A stretch of DNA of 64,000 nucleotides. Origin: an uncultured Gammaproteobacteria bacterium. GTDB lineage: Bacteria > Patescibacteriota > Patescibacteriia > Magasanikbacterales > GWA2-37-8. Of the stretch, positions 40,223 through 49,713 are shown one piece after another (within the stretch, counting starts at the first letter, position 1; every line of letters starts with the position of its first letter). Under the pieces are notes generated by a model, which was not told the origin of the DNA, did no database searches, and saw only the letters and a list, made by a program, of their open reading frames with translations. The stretch covers positions 134,200 to 198,199 of the forward strand of contig CAZHYG010000001.1 of the NCBI GenBank assembly GCA_964536615.1, written 5' to 3'. A program made the translations under genes and the position numbers.

Positions 40223-40744
40223 TTATTTATTAATAATAACTCGTGCCGGTTTAATGATTTTATCTCCTCGCTTGTATCCGCCTTCTACTTCTTTGAGCAC
40301 TGCTCCGGATTCGGTGTTGCCAGATTCTTCTTCGCCAATAGCTTCGTGCAGGCGCGGATCAAATTTTTCACCAACTGTTTTTATTTCTTCAACCTGATAA
40401 CTTTTTAAAATATCTCCAAACTGTTTTTTGATATACCCTATGCCATCCGCCCATTGCTGCCAGCCATTTTCCGAGGACATGCTGTCTTTATGGGCAAAGG
40501 CTTTTTTAAAATTTTCATACACTGGAATAAATTCTTCTAAAATATATTCCTCGCTGGCTTTGGCCCAAATACCGCGCATGTCGGCTGTTTCTTTTTGCAG
40601 ATTTTTATAATCTGCCAAGGCGCGCTGCCAACCAGATTTGTATTCTTCCATTTCAGTTTTACATTTTTCACAATTTTCACAAGCTGGCTTATCTGGATTT
40701 TCTGGTACAATTTGTTCGTCGGGCAATATTTGTTCATCAGTCAT
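40223..40744 (-). CDS. grpE: Nucleotide exchange factor GrpE
   Basis: Coiled-coil region GWQRALADYKNLQKE and C-terminal beta-domain FDPRLHEAIG. 173 aa. Confidence 0.88.
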   Translation of the reverse strand: MTDEQILPDEQIVPENPDKPACENCEKCKTEMEEYKSGWQRALADYKNLQKETADMRGIWAKASEEYILEEFIPVYENFKKAFAHKDSMSSENGWQQWADGIGYIKKQFGDILKSYQVEEIKTVGEKFDPRLHEAIGEEESGNTESGAVLKEVEGGYKRGDKIIKPARVIINK

Positions 40745-40759
40745 ACGAGTAAAAGCTAT

Positions 40760-41440
40760 TTAAATAATCTCCAATAATTTTTTAATTAGACTAAAATTAT
40801 ATTTATAATCCATGCGCTTTGGCCCAAGCAGCGCCACCATGCCTTCTTTACCAAATCGCGCCGACACCACACTCAGTGTTTCATCAAACGGATTCTCGCT
40901 GCCAATAAAGTAACGCGGCGAATCTTCTACCTTATCAAAAAAATCTTCTAGATAATCTTCAAAATGATCAAATACCTGAGAAACATTAGCCACCCTATTT
41001 ACATCCGCAAATTCTGATTTATTAAACAAATTAGACAAACCTGTATAATATATTTTTTCTGGTGAAAAAGCGATTATAACTGTTTCGTTAGAAAGGTCTT
41101 TGGCAGCTTTGGCCAATCTTTTTCTAGCCAGCTCGTAATCTTCAATCGCCGCCACCGCATTAACCAAGGACTGAAAATCATTTTTAGGAATATTGCTATT
41201 TTCTAAATTTAGCTGATCTACATAATATCTATATCCTTTTTCGGTTGGGATTCTGCCAGCCGATGTGTGCGGATGAGTTAAGAAACCCTCTTCTTCAAGT
41301 TCGCGCAATTCATTTCGGACTGTCGCTTCACCAAAGTCAAGCTCGCCAATGGAAACCAAAAATTTAGAACCGATTGGCTCTGCATTTTTGATATAATGTT
41401 CTATTACCATGGTAAGCAACTGATGTTTGCGGCTATCCAT
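40760..41440 (-). CDS. hrcA: Heat-inducible transcriptional repressor HrcA (short form)
   Basis: N-terminal wHTH (EHYIKNAEPIGSKFL...ATVRNELRELEEEGFL). 226 aa, shorter than the typical ~340-aa HrcA. Confidence 0.8.
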   Translation of the reverse strand: MDSRKHQLLTMVIEHYIKNAEPIGSKFLVSIGELDFGEATVRNELRELEEEGFLTHPHTSAGRIPTEKGYRYYVDQLNLENSNIPKNDFQSLVNAVAAIEDYELARKRLAKAAKDLSNETVIIAFSPEKIYYTGLSNLFNKSEFADVNRVANVSQVFDHFEDYLEDFFDKVEDSPRYFIGSENPFDETLSVVSARFGKEGMVALLGPKRMDYKYNFSLIKKLLEII

Positions 41441-41488
41441 ATAAACAGAGATAAAAAATTTTACTTGGGTAAATCGGTTCTGAACATA

Positions 41489-41515
41489 TTATCACTCAAC
41501 TCTCATGAGTGATAA
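41489..41515. promoter_or_regulatory. CIRCE-like operator (TTATCACTC-N9-GAGTGATAA) upstream of hrcA
   Basis: Perfect 9-bp inverted repeat with 9-nt spacer, 49 bp upstream of the hrcA start. Canonical CIRCE is TTAGCACTC-N9-GAGTGCTAA. A possible -35 TTATCA lies in the left arm. A TAATAT -10 follows the right arm on the minus strand. Confidence 0.7.
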
Positions 41516-41527
41516 TATATCATACCA

Positions 41528-41552
41528 AAAAACCCTCGTCAAGAGGGTTTTT
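41528..41552. terminator. Bidirectional intrinsic terminator separating the SPFH gene from the hrcA operon
   Basis: AAAAAA, then CCCTC-gtcaa-GAGGG, then TTTTTTT. Confidence 0.7.
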
Positions 41553-41569
41553 TTGCCTTATTTTAGAGT

Positions 41570-42136
41570 TTATATCTTGCCAATTTCGCTTAGTAGCACG
41601 TTTTCCACATATATGCCTCTGGCATAAAAAATACGCTCCAATTCATTCTTTAGCTCCATTTCTACCGCGTCGCGCTTACTGCCTACAATTTCTTGGTAAT
41701 CAAACTTGCTAAACACCATACGGACACGACTGCGAATAGTTGGGCGGACAATCTTTGCCACAAAATCCTCGCCGATTGTTTGCCAAATTGATGGTACCTG
41801 GTGCACATCCAAACGCAACAAGATGGTTCCTTCCACTCCCAAGCGCTGACCGTCTTTACTACCCGCAGCAATCGGAATATCGCCCATGGCTCGCTCGTTC
41901 TCCGGATTAAACTGTCGAGAAATGCTGTATTCTAATGTTTGCGTATTAAATAATTTTGCTTTTTGCCAAAATGGAATTTTGAGATGCAGGCCTGGAGTTA
42001 AAACTTTTTTTAATACACCTCTCCCTAAATCATATACACAGGCCACATACCCTGGAGGGACATTGATAAACAGCCCTTTCAGAACATCATCCATTACAAA
42101 CGAATACATTAATTTATCCAGAGAATCTCCTGACAT
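41570..42136 (-). CDS. SPFH/band-7 (prohibitin/HflC-like) domain protein
   Basis: 188 aa matching the SPFH core (PGLHLKIPFWQKAKLFNTQTLEYS...VEGTILLRL). Confidence 0.6.
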   Translation of the reverse strand: MSGDSLDKLMYSFVMDDVLKGLFINVPPGYVACVYDLGRGVLKKVLTPGLHLKIPFWQKAKLFNTQTLEYSISRQFNPENERAMGDIPIAAGSKDGQRLGVEGTILLRLDVHQVPSIWQTIGEDFVAKIVRPTIRSRVRMVFSKFDYQEIVGSKRDAVEMELKNELERIFYARGIYVENVLLSEIGKI

Positions 42137-42151
42137 ATTGATATAAAAATA

Positions 42152-42871
42152 TTAATGATGACCGGCGGCTTTCGGTTTTGATTTTTTTTCTGAAAACAGC
42201 GTTTTTCTAATAAACGTAATGGTATCAGAAAAAATCATGGTTGTCAAAATAAATAACGATTTAACCATTGGCAAGTACCATAAAATAGTGAAGGTAAATA
42301 GCGGAAATAGAAACAAAAATGTCATTTTAGCGCTATCTTTTTTGCTTTGCGAAAACTCATTAAGATAAATTGAAAAAAATAAATAGATCGCTACAACACC
42401 TGACCAAAATACATTATGGTGCACGCCAATATTCGTGCCATAAAAATCCGTGTTAATCTTGCCTGGAAAATCTATCCAGTAATACAACAATTTAATAATA
42501 CGATCTCCGGTAATACCGCGAATAAACACTTGATACAAGAGCACAAACACCAATATTTGAAAACCGAGCAATACTACTTTAGCCCATGGTGATACGTGGT
42601 TTTTTTTCATTACGCGCCTGATTTCCTCTTTTTGCGCTATAACATCATTTTTAAATGCCCGGGCAGCTTGTTTTGCCTGCTCCTGAACTTCTTTTTCACG
42701 AATCGCGTCTCGTTCGGAAATAAATGTAAGTGGCAACAAAATAACACGCAAAAAAATAGTGAGCCAAACAACAGCCCACCCCATATTTCTTTCCGCGATA
42801 TTTAAATAGATCCAAATAAGCGCGTTAAATAACGGCTGATAGAGATATGTTGCCCAAAAATAACTTAGCAT
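42152..42871 (-). CDS. yidC: YidC/Oxa1-family membrane protein insertase (short form)
   Basis: LYQPLFNALIWIY...GWAVVWLTIFLRVILLPLT matches the first YidC core TM helix. About 5 TM helices. 239 aa. Confidence 0.6.
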   Translation of the reverse strand: MLSYFWATYLYQPLFNALIWIYLNIAERNMGWAVVWLTIFLRVILLPLTFISERDAIREKEVQEQAKQAARAFKNDVIAQKEEIRRVMKKNHVSPWAKVVLLGFQILVFVLLYQVFIRGITGDRIIKLLYYWIDFPGKINTDFYGTNIGVHHNVFWSGVVAIYLFFSIYLNEFSQSKKDSAKMTFLFLFPLFTFTILWYLPMVKSLFILTTMIFSDTITFIRKTLFSEKKSKPKAAGHH

Positions 42872-42910
42872 ACGGCTATTATTATACCATGTCTTCCTGC
42901 ATACAACAAA

Positions 42911-44143
42911 CTATGCCCACCCCCTATCTTTCATCGCCTGCGCAATGCGCTCTACAGCCAAAATATAAGCACCGGCTCGCATATCTGTCGCGTATTTTTC
43001 TTTTCTAGCCCAAACTTCTTCAAATGAAGAATTCATTATCTTTTCTAATTTCTCTAGCACATCTTTTTCTTCCCAGTAGTAATTATACGCATTTTGCACT
43101 TGTTCAAAATAACTTACCGCCACACCACCGGCATTTGCCAGAATATCTGGCACAATAACAATATTTTTCTCAGCAAGCATTTCGGTTGCTTCTTTTGTTA
43201 CCGGGCCATTAGCCAATTCAATAACTATTTTAGCATTTATACTTCCTGCTTTCTCGATTGTCACACTATTTTCTAAGGCTGCCAAAACTAAAATATCCAC
43301 CTTGTGAGAAACAATACTTTCCTTTAGATTGCCTCCTCCTGAAAAATTGGCTACCGAACCTGTTTTTTCCTTATGCGCTGCCAAGGCTGTAATATCAAGA
43401 CCGGCTTCATTTGCCACACCGCCCTTAGAATCGCTGGCTGCCACAACTTTAAAACCATGATCAAACAATATCTTTGCCATCGTAGCGCCGGCATTGCCAA
43501 AACCCTCAATTGCGACTGTTGGATTATTTATATTTAATTTTTCAATTGCTTTTTGCAAAACATAAAAACCGCCCTGAGCTGTAGAGTAGCTCCGCGCCGC
43601 TGAACCGCCAATACTTAATGGTTTACCGGTAATTACTCCTGGCGCACCACAACCGACTAATTTTTCATATTCATCTAACATCCAACCCATAATTCTTGGA
43701 TCGGTATACACATCTGGAGCTGGCACATCAACTTCGGGACCAAGTAATTTATAGATACCGTCAATATATCCGCGAGATAATCTTTCTAGCTCTCCGACTG
43801 ACAATTCTTTTGGATTAACAATTACCCCACCCTTACCACCACCCAAAGGGATACCCACCACTGCAGTTTTAAGAGCCATCCACATACTAAGCGCTTTTAC
43901 TTCAGCTTCATTTACTTGCGGATGAAACCGTATACCGCCTTTATATGGGCCACGGGCATTGCTATATTGAGATCTGTATCCTTTAAATACTTTGACACTG
44001 CCATTATCCATCTTTACCGGGATGGAGATCTCCAAAAACTTCTGCGGGGCTTGCATCTGAGCGTAAATATTTTCATCTAATTTAACCAGGTTTTTTACTT
44101 TTTCCAACTGTTTAAGAGCTCCAAGAAACGGGTCATTTATAGA
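42911..44143 (-). CDS. gdhA: Glutamate dehydrogenase (Glu/Leu/Phe/Val dehydrogenase family)
   Basis: Catalytic lysine motif region GGGKGG and Rossmann GFGNAG. Start placed at MSINDPF. The ORF track extends to 44182. Confidence 0.9.
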   Translation of the reverse strand, partial: SINDPFLGALKQLEKVKNLVKLDENIYAQMQAPQKFLEISIPVKMDNGSVKVFKGYRSQYSNARGPYKGGIRFHPQVNEAEVKALSMWMALKTAVVGIPLGGGKGGVIVNPKELSVGELERLSRGYIDGIYKLLGPEVDVPAPDVYTDPRIMGWMLDEYEKLVGCGAPGVITGKPLSIGGSAARSYSTAQGGFYVLQKAIEKLNINNPTVAIEGFGNAGATMAKILFDHGFKVVAASDSKGGVANEAGLDITALAAHKEKTGSVANFSGGGNLKESIVSHKVDILVLAALENSVTIEKAGSINAKIVIELANGPVTKEATEMLAEKNIVIVPDILANAGGVAVSYFEQVQNAYNYYWEEKDVLEKLEKIMNSSFEEVWARKEKYATDMRAGAYILAVERIAQAMKDRGWA

Positions 44144-44208
44144 CATAAAAAAGAATAAATAGATAATATTGTATGCTATCACGTAGCCGCCAGCTTTGTC
44201 TATAATCT

Positions 44209-45450
44209 TTATTTTTTAGCTAAATATTTCCTGCCTTTCAGCTCTGATGGCAAATATTCTTGATTTTCCTTATAGTCAAAGTCTGGTGAGTATTTATAGT
44301 CTTTACCATAACCTATATCTTTCATAAACTTGGTTGGTGCATTACGCAAATGAATTGGCACACCCAAATGCGAAGTTTCTCGTGCGTCGCGCGCCGCCTC
44401 ACTATAAGCGCAATATAATACATTTGATTTGGTTGATTTAGCGCAATATACCACAGCCTGAGCTAAATGCACACTGCACTCTGGCATTCCCAGCCTATGA
44501 CATGCCTCAAAAGCCGCATTTGCCTGTATAAGCGCCTCACTATTTGCCATACCAATATCCTCACTAGCAAACCGCACTATCCGGCGAGCAATGTATAAAG
44601 GGTCTGCCCCGCCTTCAAGCATGCGGGCTAACCAATACAGCGCCGCATTGGCATCTGAACCGCGCATGGATTTGTGCAGGGCGGAAATAAGATTGTAAAA
44701 TTCTTCACCGTTTTTATCAAATATTAGATGTGTGCGCTGCAGCGCTTCTTTAATATCAGCATCTGTAAGTTTTATTTCCTTACCGTACCGCGCCTGAGCT
44801 TTAACTGCCATATCCAACCCATTAAGAGCCGCGCGCGCATCTCCGCCCGACAACTGCGCCAACAGCGCGATTGTTTTTTTATCAATTTTAATTTCCAAAT
44901 CTCCTAATCCTTTTTTTGCATCACGCAAAGCGCGCTGGATAATTGACGCCACATCCGCATCACTCAGATGTTTTAAAATAAATACTCGCGACCGAGACAA
45001 CAGCGCACCAATAACTTCAAAAGAAGGATTTTCCGTAGTAGCACCAATTACAATAATAGTTCCTGCCTCCACTACCGGGAGCAGTGCATCTTGCTGAGCC
45101 TTATTCCAGCGATGAATTTCATCTATAAATAAAATTGTTTTCTGATTATTTTCAGCCAAAGTTTTTGTTGCTTCTTTAATAATTGTAACTAATGCTTCTT
45201 TGCCGCTTGACACAGCAGATAACGAAACAAATCGCGACTTTGTATGCGCGGCGATAATATGCGCTAAAGTTGTTTTACCAACTCCAGGGGGACCCCAAAA
45301 AATTATCGAGGATAACTGATCGCTCTCTATCAGCCGACGCAATAATTTTCCCTGCCCCACAATATCAACTTGGCCAAGAAATTCATCAAACTCCATCGGA
45401 CGCATTCGCTCTGCCAGAGGAATATTTGAAGCCGCATCACGATTAGACAT
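44209..45450 (-). CDS. rarA: Replication-associated recombination protein A (RarA/MgsA AAA+ ATPase)
   Basis: GPPGVGKTTLAHIIA Walker A, DEIHRWNK Walker B and MgsA C-terminal domains. 413 aa. Confidence 0.9.
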   Translation of the reverse strand: MSNRDAASNIPLAERMRPMEFDEFLGQVDIVGQGKLLRRLIESDQLSSIIFWGPPGVGKTTLAHIIAAHTKSRFVSLSAVSSGKEALVTIIKEATKTLAENNQKTILFIDEIHRWNKAQQDALLPVVEAGTIIVIGATTENPSFEVIGALLSRSRVFILKHLSDADVASIIQRALRDAKKGLGDLEIKIDKKTIALLAQLSGGDARAALNGLDMAVKAQARYGKEIKLTDADIKEALQRTHLIFDKNGEEFYNLISALHKSMRGSDANAALYWLARMLEGGADPLYIARRIVRFASEDIGMANSEALIQANAAFEACHRLGMPECSVHLAQAVVYCAKSTKSNVLYCAYSEAARDARETSHLGVPIHLRNAPTKFMKDIGYGKDYKYSPDFDYKENQEYLPSELKGRKYLAKK

Positions 45451-46552
45451 AGTCTTTAATCTTGTTCATCCACCAATCTTTGAACTTCTTTGACCAACTT
45501 TTTTTATTATGCAAACCAAGCTCAGACAAAGGCACGGCTTCGGATTTCCACTCGTCAAGAATAGTATTAAGATCATCCACCATCTGCTGCTCGGAAAATA
45601 CAATCCCCGCTTCATGATTGATATAAAAACTGCGCGGTGTTAAATTGGCGCTGCCAATCATGCCAAGCTTATCGTCAACACTCACCGCCTTACCATGATT
45701 CATTTTTTTTAAAAAATAAAATACCGCGCCTGCTTTGGCTGAAATACCATAAAACATGGACGCAAAATACCGCATAATTTTTTCATCCGTCCGCCACGGC
45801 ATAATAATATTAATGTTGACTCCCCGGCTTTTTGCTTTTGCCACCAAATGTAAGAAGTTCTTATCCGGCACATAGTAAGGTGTCAGCAAATTGAATTTTT
45901 CTTTTGCGTTGTTTAAGGCTTGTTTATAAAAATCCTTAAACGGAGACCTGAGCGTATACTGAATTGGCGAATGCAGAATGAACTGTATTTTTTCCCGAAC
46001 CAAGTGAAGAGGTGGCAGAACTTGGGGACGGAGCATATCAGACACATCCTTTTTCGCCCCACCAGCGCGTATATACGCACGAGCAAACCCCGCTAAAATT
46101 GGCAAAACTATTCTACCGGTAATGCGGACATGCAAATCGTGCCATGAAGCTGAAAACTGCGCAACATTAACCCCGCCAATAAACACGACCTCCCTATCAA
46201 CAATGAGCACCTTTCGATGAGTGCGATGCCATATACGGCGCATCCAATGCCGTATTGAAAATTCAGGCGCAAAATTATTAAACAGCAAAAAATTCACACC
46301 CGAGGCTCTCAGTCGGAAAATTGATTCTTTAGACAAAGCAAAGCTGCCAAAAGCGTCCGCGATTATTTTTACATCCAAGCCCGCCTGCGCTTTCGCGCAA
46401 AGCAAATCCACAAAAGGCTGTCCTGCCAAATCATCAATAAACGTAAAAATCTCCCAGTAAATTGATTTCTGAGCGGAAACTATAGCCTCTTTCATACCAT
46501 CCCATGCCGAGGCGGTAGTAGTATAAAACTTATAACTGAAATCCATATTCAA
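45443..46552 (-). CDS. Phospholipase D-family protein (cardiolipin synthase-like)
   Basis: Two HxK(x4)D motifs (HRKVLIVD, HGKAVSVDD). 369 aa. 8-nt overlap with rarA. Confidence 0.8.
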   Translation of the reverse strand: MNMDFSYKFYTTTASAWDGMKEAIVSAQKSIYWEIFTFIDDLAGQPFVDLLCAKAQAGLDVKIIADAFGSFALSKESIFRLRASGVNFLLFNNFAPEFSIRHWMRRIWHRTHRKVLIVDREVVFIGGVNVAQFSASWHDLHVRITGRIVLPILAGFARAYIRAGGAKKDVSDMLRPQVLPPLHLVREKIQFILHSPIQYTLRSPFKDFYKQALNNAKEKFNLLTPYYVPDKNFLHLVAKAKSRGVNINIIMPWRTDEKIMRYFASMFYGISAKAGAVFYFLKKMNHGKAVSVDDKLGMIGSANLTPRSFYINHEAGIVFSEQQMVDDLNTILDEWKSEAVPLSELGLHNKKSWSKKFKDWWMNKIKDYV

Positions 46553-46610
46553 TAATGCGGTAAAAAAAATTACCTACTTCTATAGTAGGCGTACTAGAGA
46601 AAAAAATCAA

Positions 46611-47585
46611 CTATTTCCCCAGATGTTCCATAACAATCCGTTCCACATCGGCAGCGGTCTTGGCGCCTTCCATAAGCTTTATTCTCAACTCTTTAGCGCC
46701 ATCAAAGCCATTAACATAGGCTTTATAATGTTTTTTCATAATATCAAAATTCTTCTCTGCGCCAAGCAACTGTTCAAACAGGTAGGTATGCTCAATCATA
46801 ACTCGGAGTCTTTCCTCAAGCGACACCGAAGACTGGTCAATATTTTTATTAAACAACCAAGGATTGCCAAAAATTCCTCGCCCAATCATTACCCCATCCG
46901 CGCCCGTCTGCCGCACACGCTCATGCGCTTCGGCCAAACTTTTCACATCGCCATTTCCTAAAACTAACGTCTTATTCTCTGAACTATCATGCTTATCTCG
47001 TATAGCTACTGCCTCTGCCAGCACTTCCCAATGCGCCGGCACTAAAGACATTTCTTTTCGCGTTCGAGCGTGCACCGTAATTGCCGCTGGTTCTGTTTCC
47101 AATAAATACGGCAACCATTCGGATAACGTATTTTTATTATATCCGATACGGGTTTTTACCGACACAGGCAACGCGCCAGCGCCACGTTTGGTTTCTTTAA
47201 TAATCTCTTGTGCCAATAGTGGATTTTTAATAAGACATGCGCCAGCGCCTTGTTTTTCTACATTTTTATCTGGACACCCCATATTTATATCAATCCCATC
47301 AAAACCAAGCTCTTGTATAAGCTGAGCAGTTTTATAAAAATTCTCTGGTTTAGATCCAAAAATTTGCGCCACGATAGGCCGTTCAGATTCACTGTACTTA
47401 AAATCTATAAGTAATTTTTCTCGTCCTGGCGACATTAAGCCATCGCACGAAACAAACTCGGTCCAAGTCACATCAGGCTTTCCGTATTTGGCGATAACAC
47501 GCCGAAAAGCCGCATCCGTAACATTGGCCATGGGCGCTAGAACAAAAATTGGTTTTTTAAGTTGTTTCCAAAAACCAGCTTGCAT
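46611..47585 (-). CDS. dus: tRNA-dihydrouridine synthase
   Basis: FVLAPMANVTDAAFRRVI and a TIM-barrel FMN site (DINMGCP). 324 aa. Confidence 0.9.
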   Translation of the reverse strand: MQAGFWKQLKKPIFVLAPMANVTDAAFRRVIAKYGKPDVTWTEFVSCDGLMSPGREKLLIDFKYSESERPIVAQIFGSKPENFYKTAQLIQELGFDGIDINMGCPDKNVEKQGAGACLIKNPLLAQEIIKETKRGAGALPVSVKTRIGYNKNTLSEWLPYLLETEPAAITVHARTRKEMSLVPAHWEVLAEAVAIRDKHDSSENKTLVLGNGDVKSLAEAHERVRQTGADGVMIGRGIFGNPWLFNKNIDQSSVSLEERLRVMIEHTYLFEQLLGAEKNFDIMKKHYKAYVNGFDGAKELRIKLMEGAKTAADVERIVMEHLGK

Positions 47586-47616
47586 ATATGATAAAATCCG
47601 CTGATTGCGGATTTTG

Positions 47617-47688
47617 TAGCCCCAACGGGGATCGAACCCGTGTTACATGATTGAGAATCATGTGTCCTAGCCACTAGACGATGAGGCC
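47617..47688 (-). tRNA. tRNA-Glu (anticodon CTC), no encoded CCA
   Basis: Manual fold. Acceptor GGCCTCA/TGGGGCT with two G-U pairs. D-arm TCGTCTAGTGGCTAGGAC resembles E. coli tRNA-Glu. Anticodon stem CATGA/TCATG with loop TTCTCAA. T-arm ACGGG-TTCGATC-CCCGT. Discriminator A. Confidence 0.8.
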
Positions 47689-47756
47689 GTTACCTGCCAC
47701 GACAATAATATCAAAAACAAACCATACAGGCAATATTTTGTCTGACGCTCAACTGG

Positions 47757-49565
47757 CTACATGCCACGCGCCTTCTTTCTTGCTTCCGCTTCATCCAAAA
47801 TTACTTTTCTGATACGAATATTTTTTGGGGTAATTTCCACCAACTCATCATCTCCGATATATTCCAAGGCATCTTCCAAATCCATAACTTTTGGCGCATT
47901 AAAATGCTCGCTTACACCATCGCCTTTGGAACGCATATTGGACAATTGTTTTTCTTTACAAACATTAACCCGTATATCTTCACTGCGAGAATTCTGACCA
48001 ACAACCTGACCCTTATACACATCCACACCGGGACCAATAAACAGAACACCTCTATCTTGCACATTAAGCAAACCGTACAAATTACTGGTACCGGTTTCAT
48101 GCGCAACCAAAGAGCCTTGATCACGTTCGCGCCAGTTTGCAGGATCTGGCAAATATTGATGAAAAATTGTATTGATAATACCCAGGCCTTTTGTGTCTGT
48201 TAAAAATTCTGTACGATATCCAAATAAACCACGGGTTGGAATAATAAATTCCAAAAATACAATGCCATTTTCGGTTCGCATTTCTCGCAACTCGCCATGA
48301 CGACTGCCTAATTTTTGAATAATCGCGCCTGAATATGCTTCTGGAGACTCAATAAACACCTGTTCGTATGGAGTCATCTTTTGACCATCAATTTCTTTGA
48401 TAATTACCTGAGGACGAGATACCTGAAATTCATAGCCTTCTCGGCGTAAACGTTCAATTAAAATTGCCAAATGCAATTCACCACGCCCGGATACCACCCA
48501 ATTACCATCTTGCGTATCCGAAACCTTAAGAGCCATATCTGTTTCTAGTTCTTTGTATAAACGCTCGCGAATTTGTCTAGAAGTAGTGAACTCCCCTTCT
48601 TTACCGGCAAACGGAGAATTATTGACAGTAAATGTCATCTTTACAGTTGGCTCTTCAATTGTTAAAAGGGGTAAAGCAACCGGATTATTTACATCGGCAA
48701 TAGTTTCACCAATATTAATATCAGTAATACCGGCTATCGCCACTATATCTCCGGCAACAGCTTCTTTTACTTCTATTCTTTCTAAACCTGCAAATGTCAT
48801 AAGTGCCATCACGCGGCATTTTTTCATTTGCCCATCTCTGTTTATATGCATTATATCTTGGCCAGATTTAATAATGCCATTATAAATTCTACCTGTAGCA
48901 ATTCTGCCTTTAAAGTTATCACCGCCAATTGTGGTTACCAAAATCTGGAGCGGCGCTTCCACGTCGGCTTTTGGTTCAGAGATAAATTTCAATACTGTTT
49001 CAAAAATCGGATTAATGTCAGTCATTTTTTCCAAATCTGGCTCTAATCCAGCTTTACCTTGTTTTGCCGAGGCATAAATAACTGGAAAATCTGCAGCTTC
49101 GTCGCTAGCGCCCAATTCTACAAACAAATCAAAGGTTTTGTCTAACACCCAAGCTGGTCTGGCGCCCGGTTTGTCAATCTTGTTTATAACCACAATTACT
49201 TTATGCCCCATCTGCAAAGCTTTTTTAAGCACAAATCGGGTTTGTGGCATCGGGCCTTCTTTAGCATCAACCAACAACAAACACCCATCGGCAAGCTTTA
49301 GCACACGCTCAACTTCACCGCCAAAATCCGCATGGCCTGGAGTATCAATAATGTTTATCTTGGTATCCCCCCATTGTACTGAGGCATTTTTTGAAAAAAT
49401 GGTAATACCACGTTCTCGTTCCAAATCATTACTATCCATGATCGCTTCTTGGTTGACCATTTCTTTAGATAATTTTGTTTGAGACTGGCGCAGCAAAGCA
49501 TCAACCAGCGTAGTTTTACCATGGTCAACGTGAGCGATAATAGCAATATTTCGGATATGAGACAT
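47757..49565 (-). CDS. typA: Translational GTPase TypA/BipA
   Basis: IRNIAIIAHVDHGKTTL G-domain with EF-G-like domains and TypA C-terminal domain. Start placed at MSHIRN. The ORF track extends to 49628. Confidence 0.93.
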   Translation of the reverse strand: MSHIRNIAIIAHVDHGKTTLVDALLRQSQTKLSKEMVNQEAIMDSNDLERERGITIFSKNASVQWGDTKINIIDTPGHADFGGEVERVLKLADGCLLLVDAKEGPMPQTRFVLKKALQMGHKVIVVINKIDKPGARPAWVLDKTFDLFVELGASDEAADFPVIYASAKQGKAGLEPDLEKMTDINPIFETVLKFISEPKADVEAPLQILVTTIGGDNFKGRIATGRIYNGIIKSGQDIMHINRDGQMKKCRVMALMTFAGLERIEVKEAVAGDIVAIAGITDINIGETIADVNNPVALPLLTIEEPTVKMTFTVNNSPFAGKEGEFTTSRQIRERLYKELETDMALKVSDTQDGNWVVSGRGELHLAILIERLRREGYEFQVSRPQVIIKEIDGQKMTPYEQVFIESPEAYSGAIIQKLGSRHGELREMRTENGIVFLEFIIPTRGLFGYRTEFLTDTKGLGIINTIFHQYLPDPANWRERDQGSLVAHETGTSNLYGLLNVQDRGVLFIGPGVDVYKGQVVGQNSRSEDIRVNVCKEKQLSNMRSKGDGVSEHFNAPKVMDLEDALEYIGDDELVEITPKNIRIRKVILDEAEARKKARGM

Positions 49566-49713
49566 AAATATAATAATTTCTAATAGATACCAATCATACC
49601 TAAAAATACCCTCTTTGTCAATCTCCAAAACAACAAAACCCGCCCTTGCGGGCGGGTTTTGCGTTTCTGTTCAACAAAGATAAATCTTTGTCTACTAAGA
49701 ATGCTTTAACTCA

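Noticed and set aside
41509-41712. Plus-strand 67-aa ORF covering the CIRCE and terminator region
   Set aside because: It spans regulatory palindromes and overlaps the SPFH gene on the other strand, and it has no coding features.
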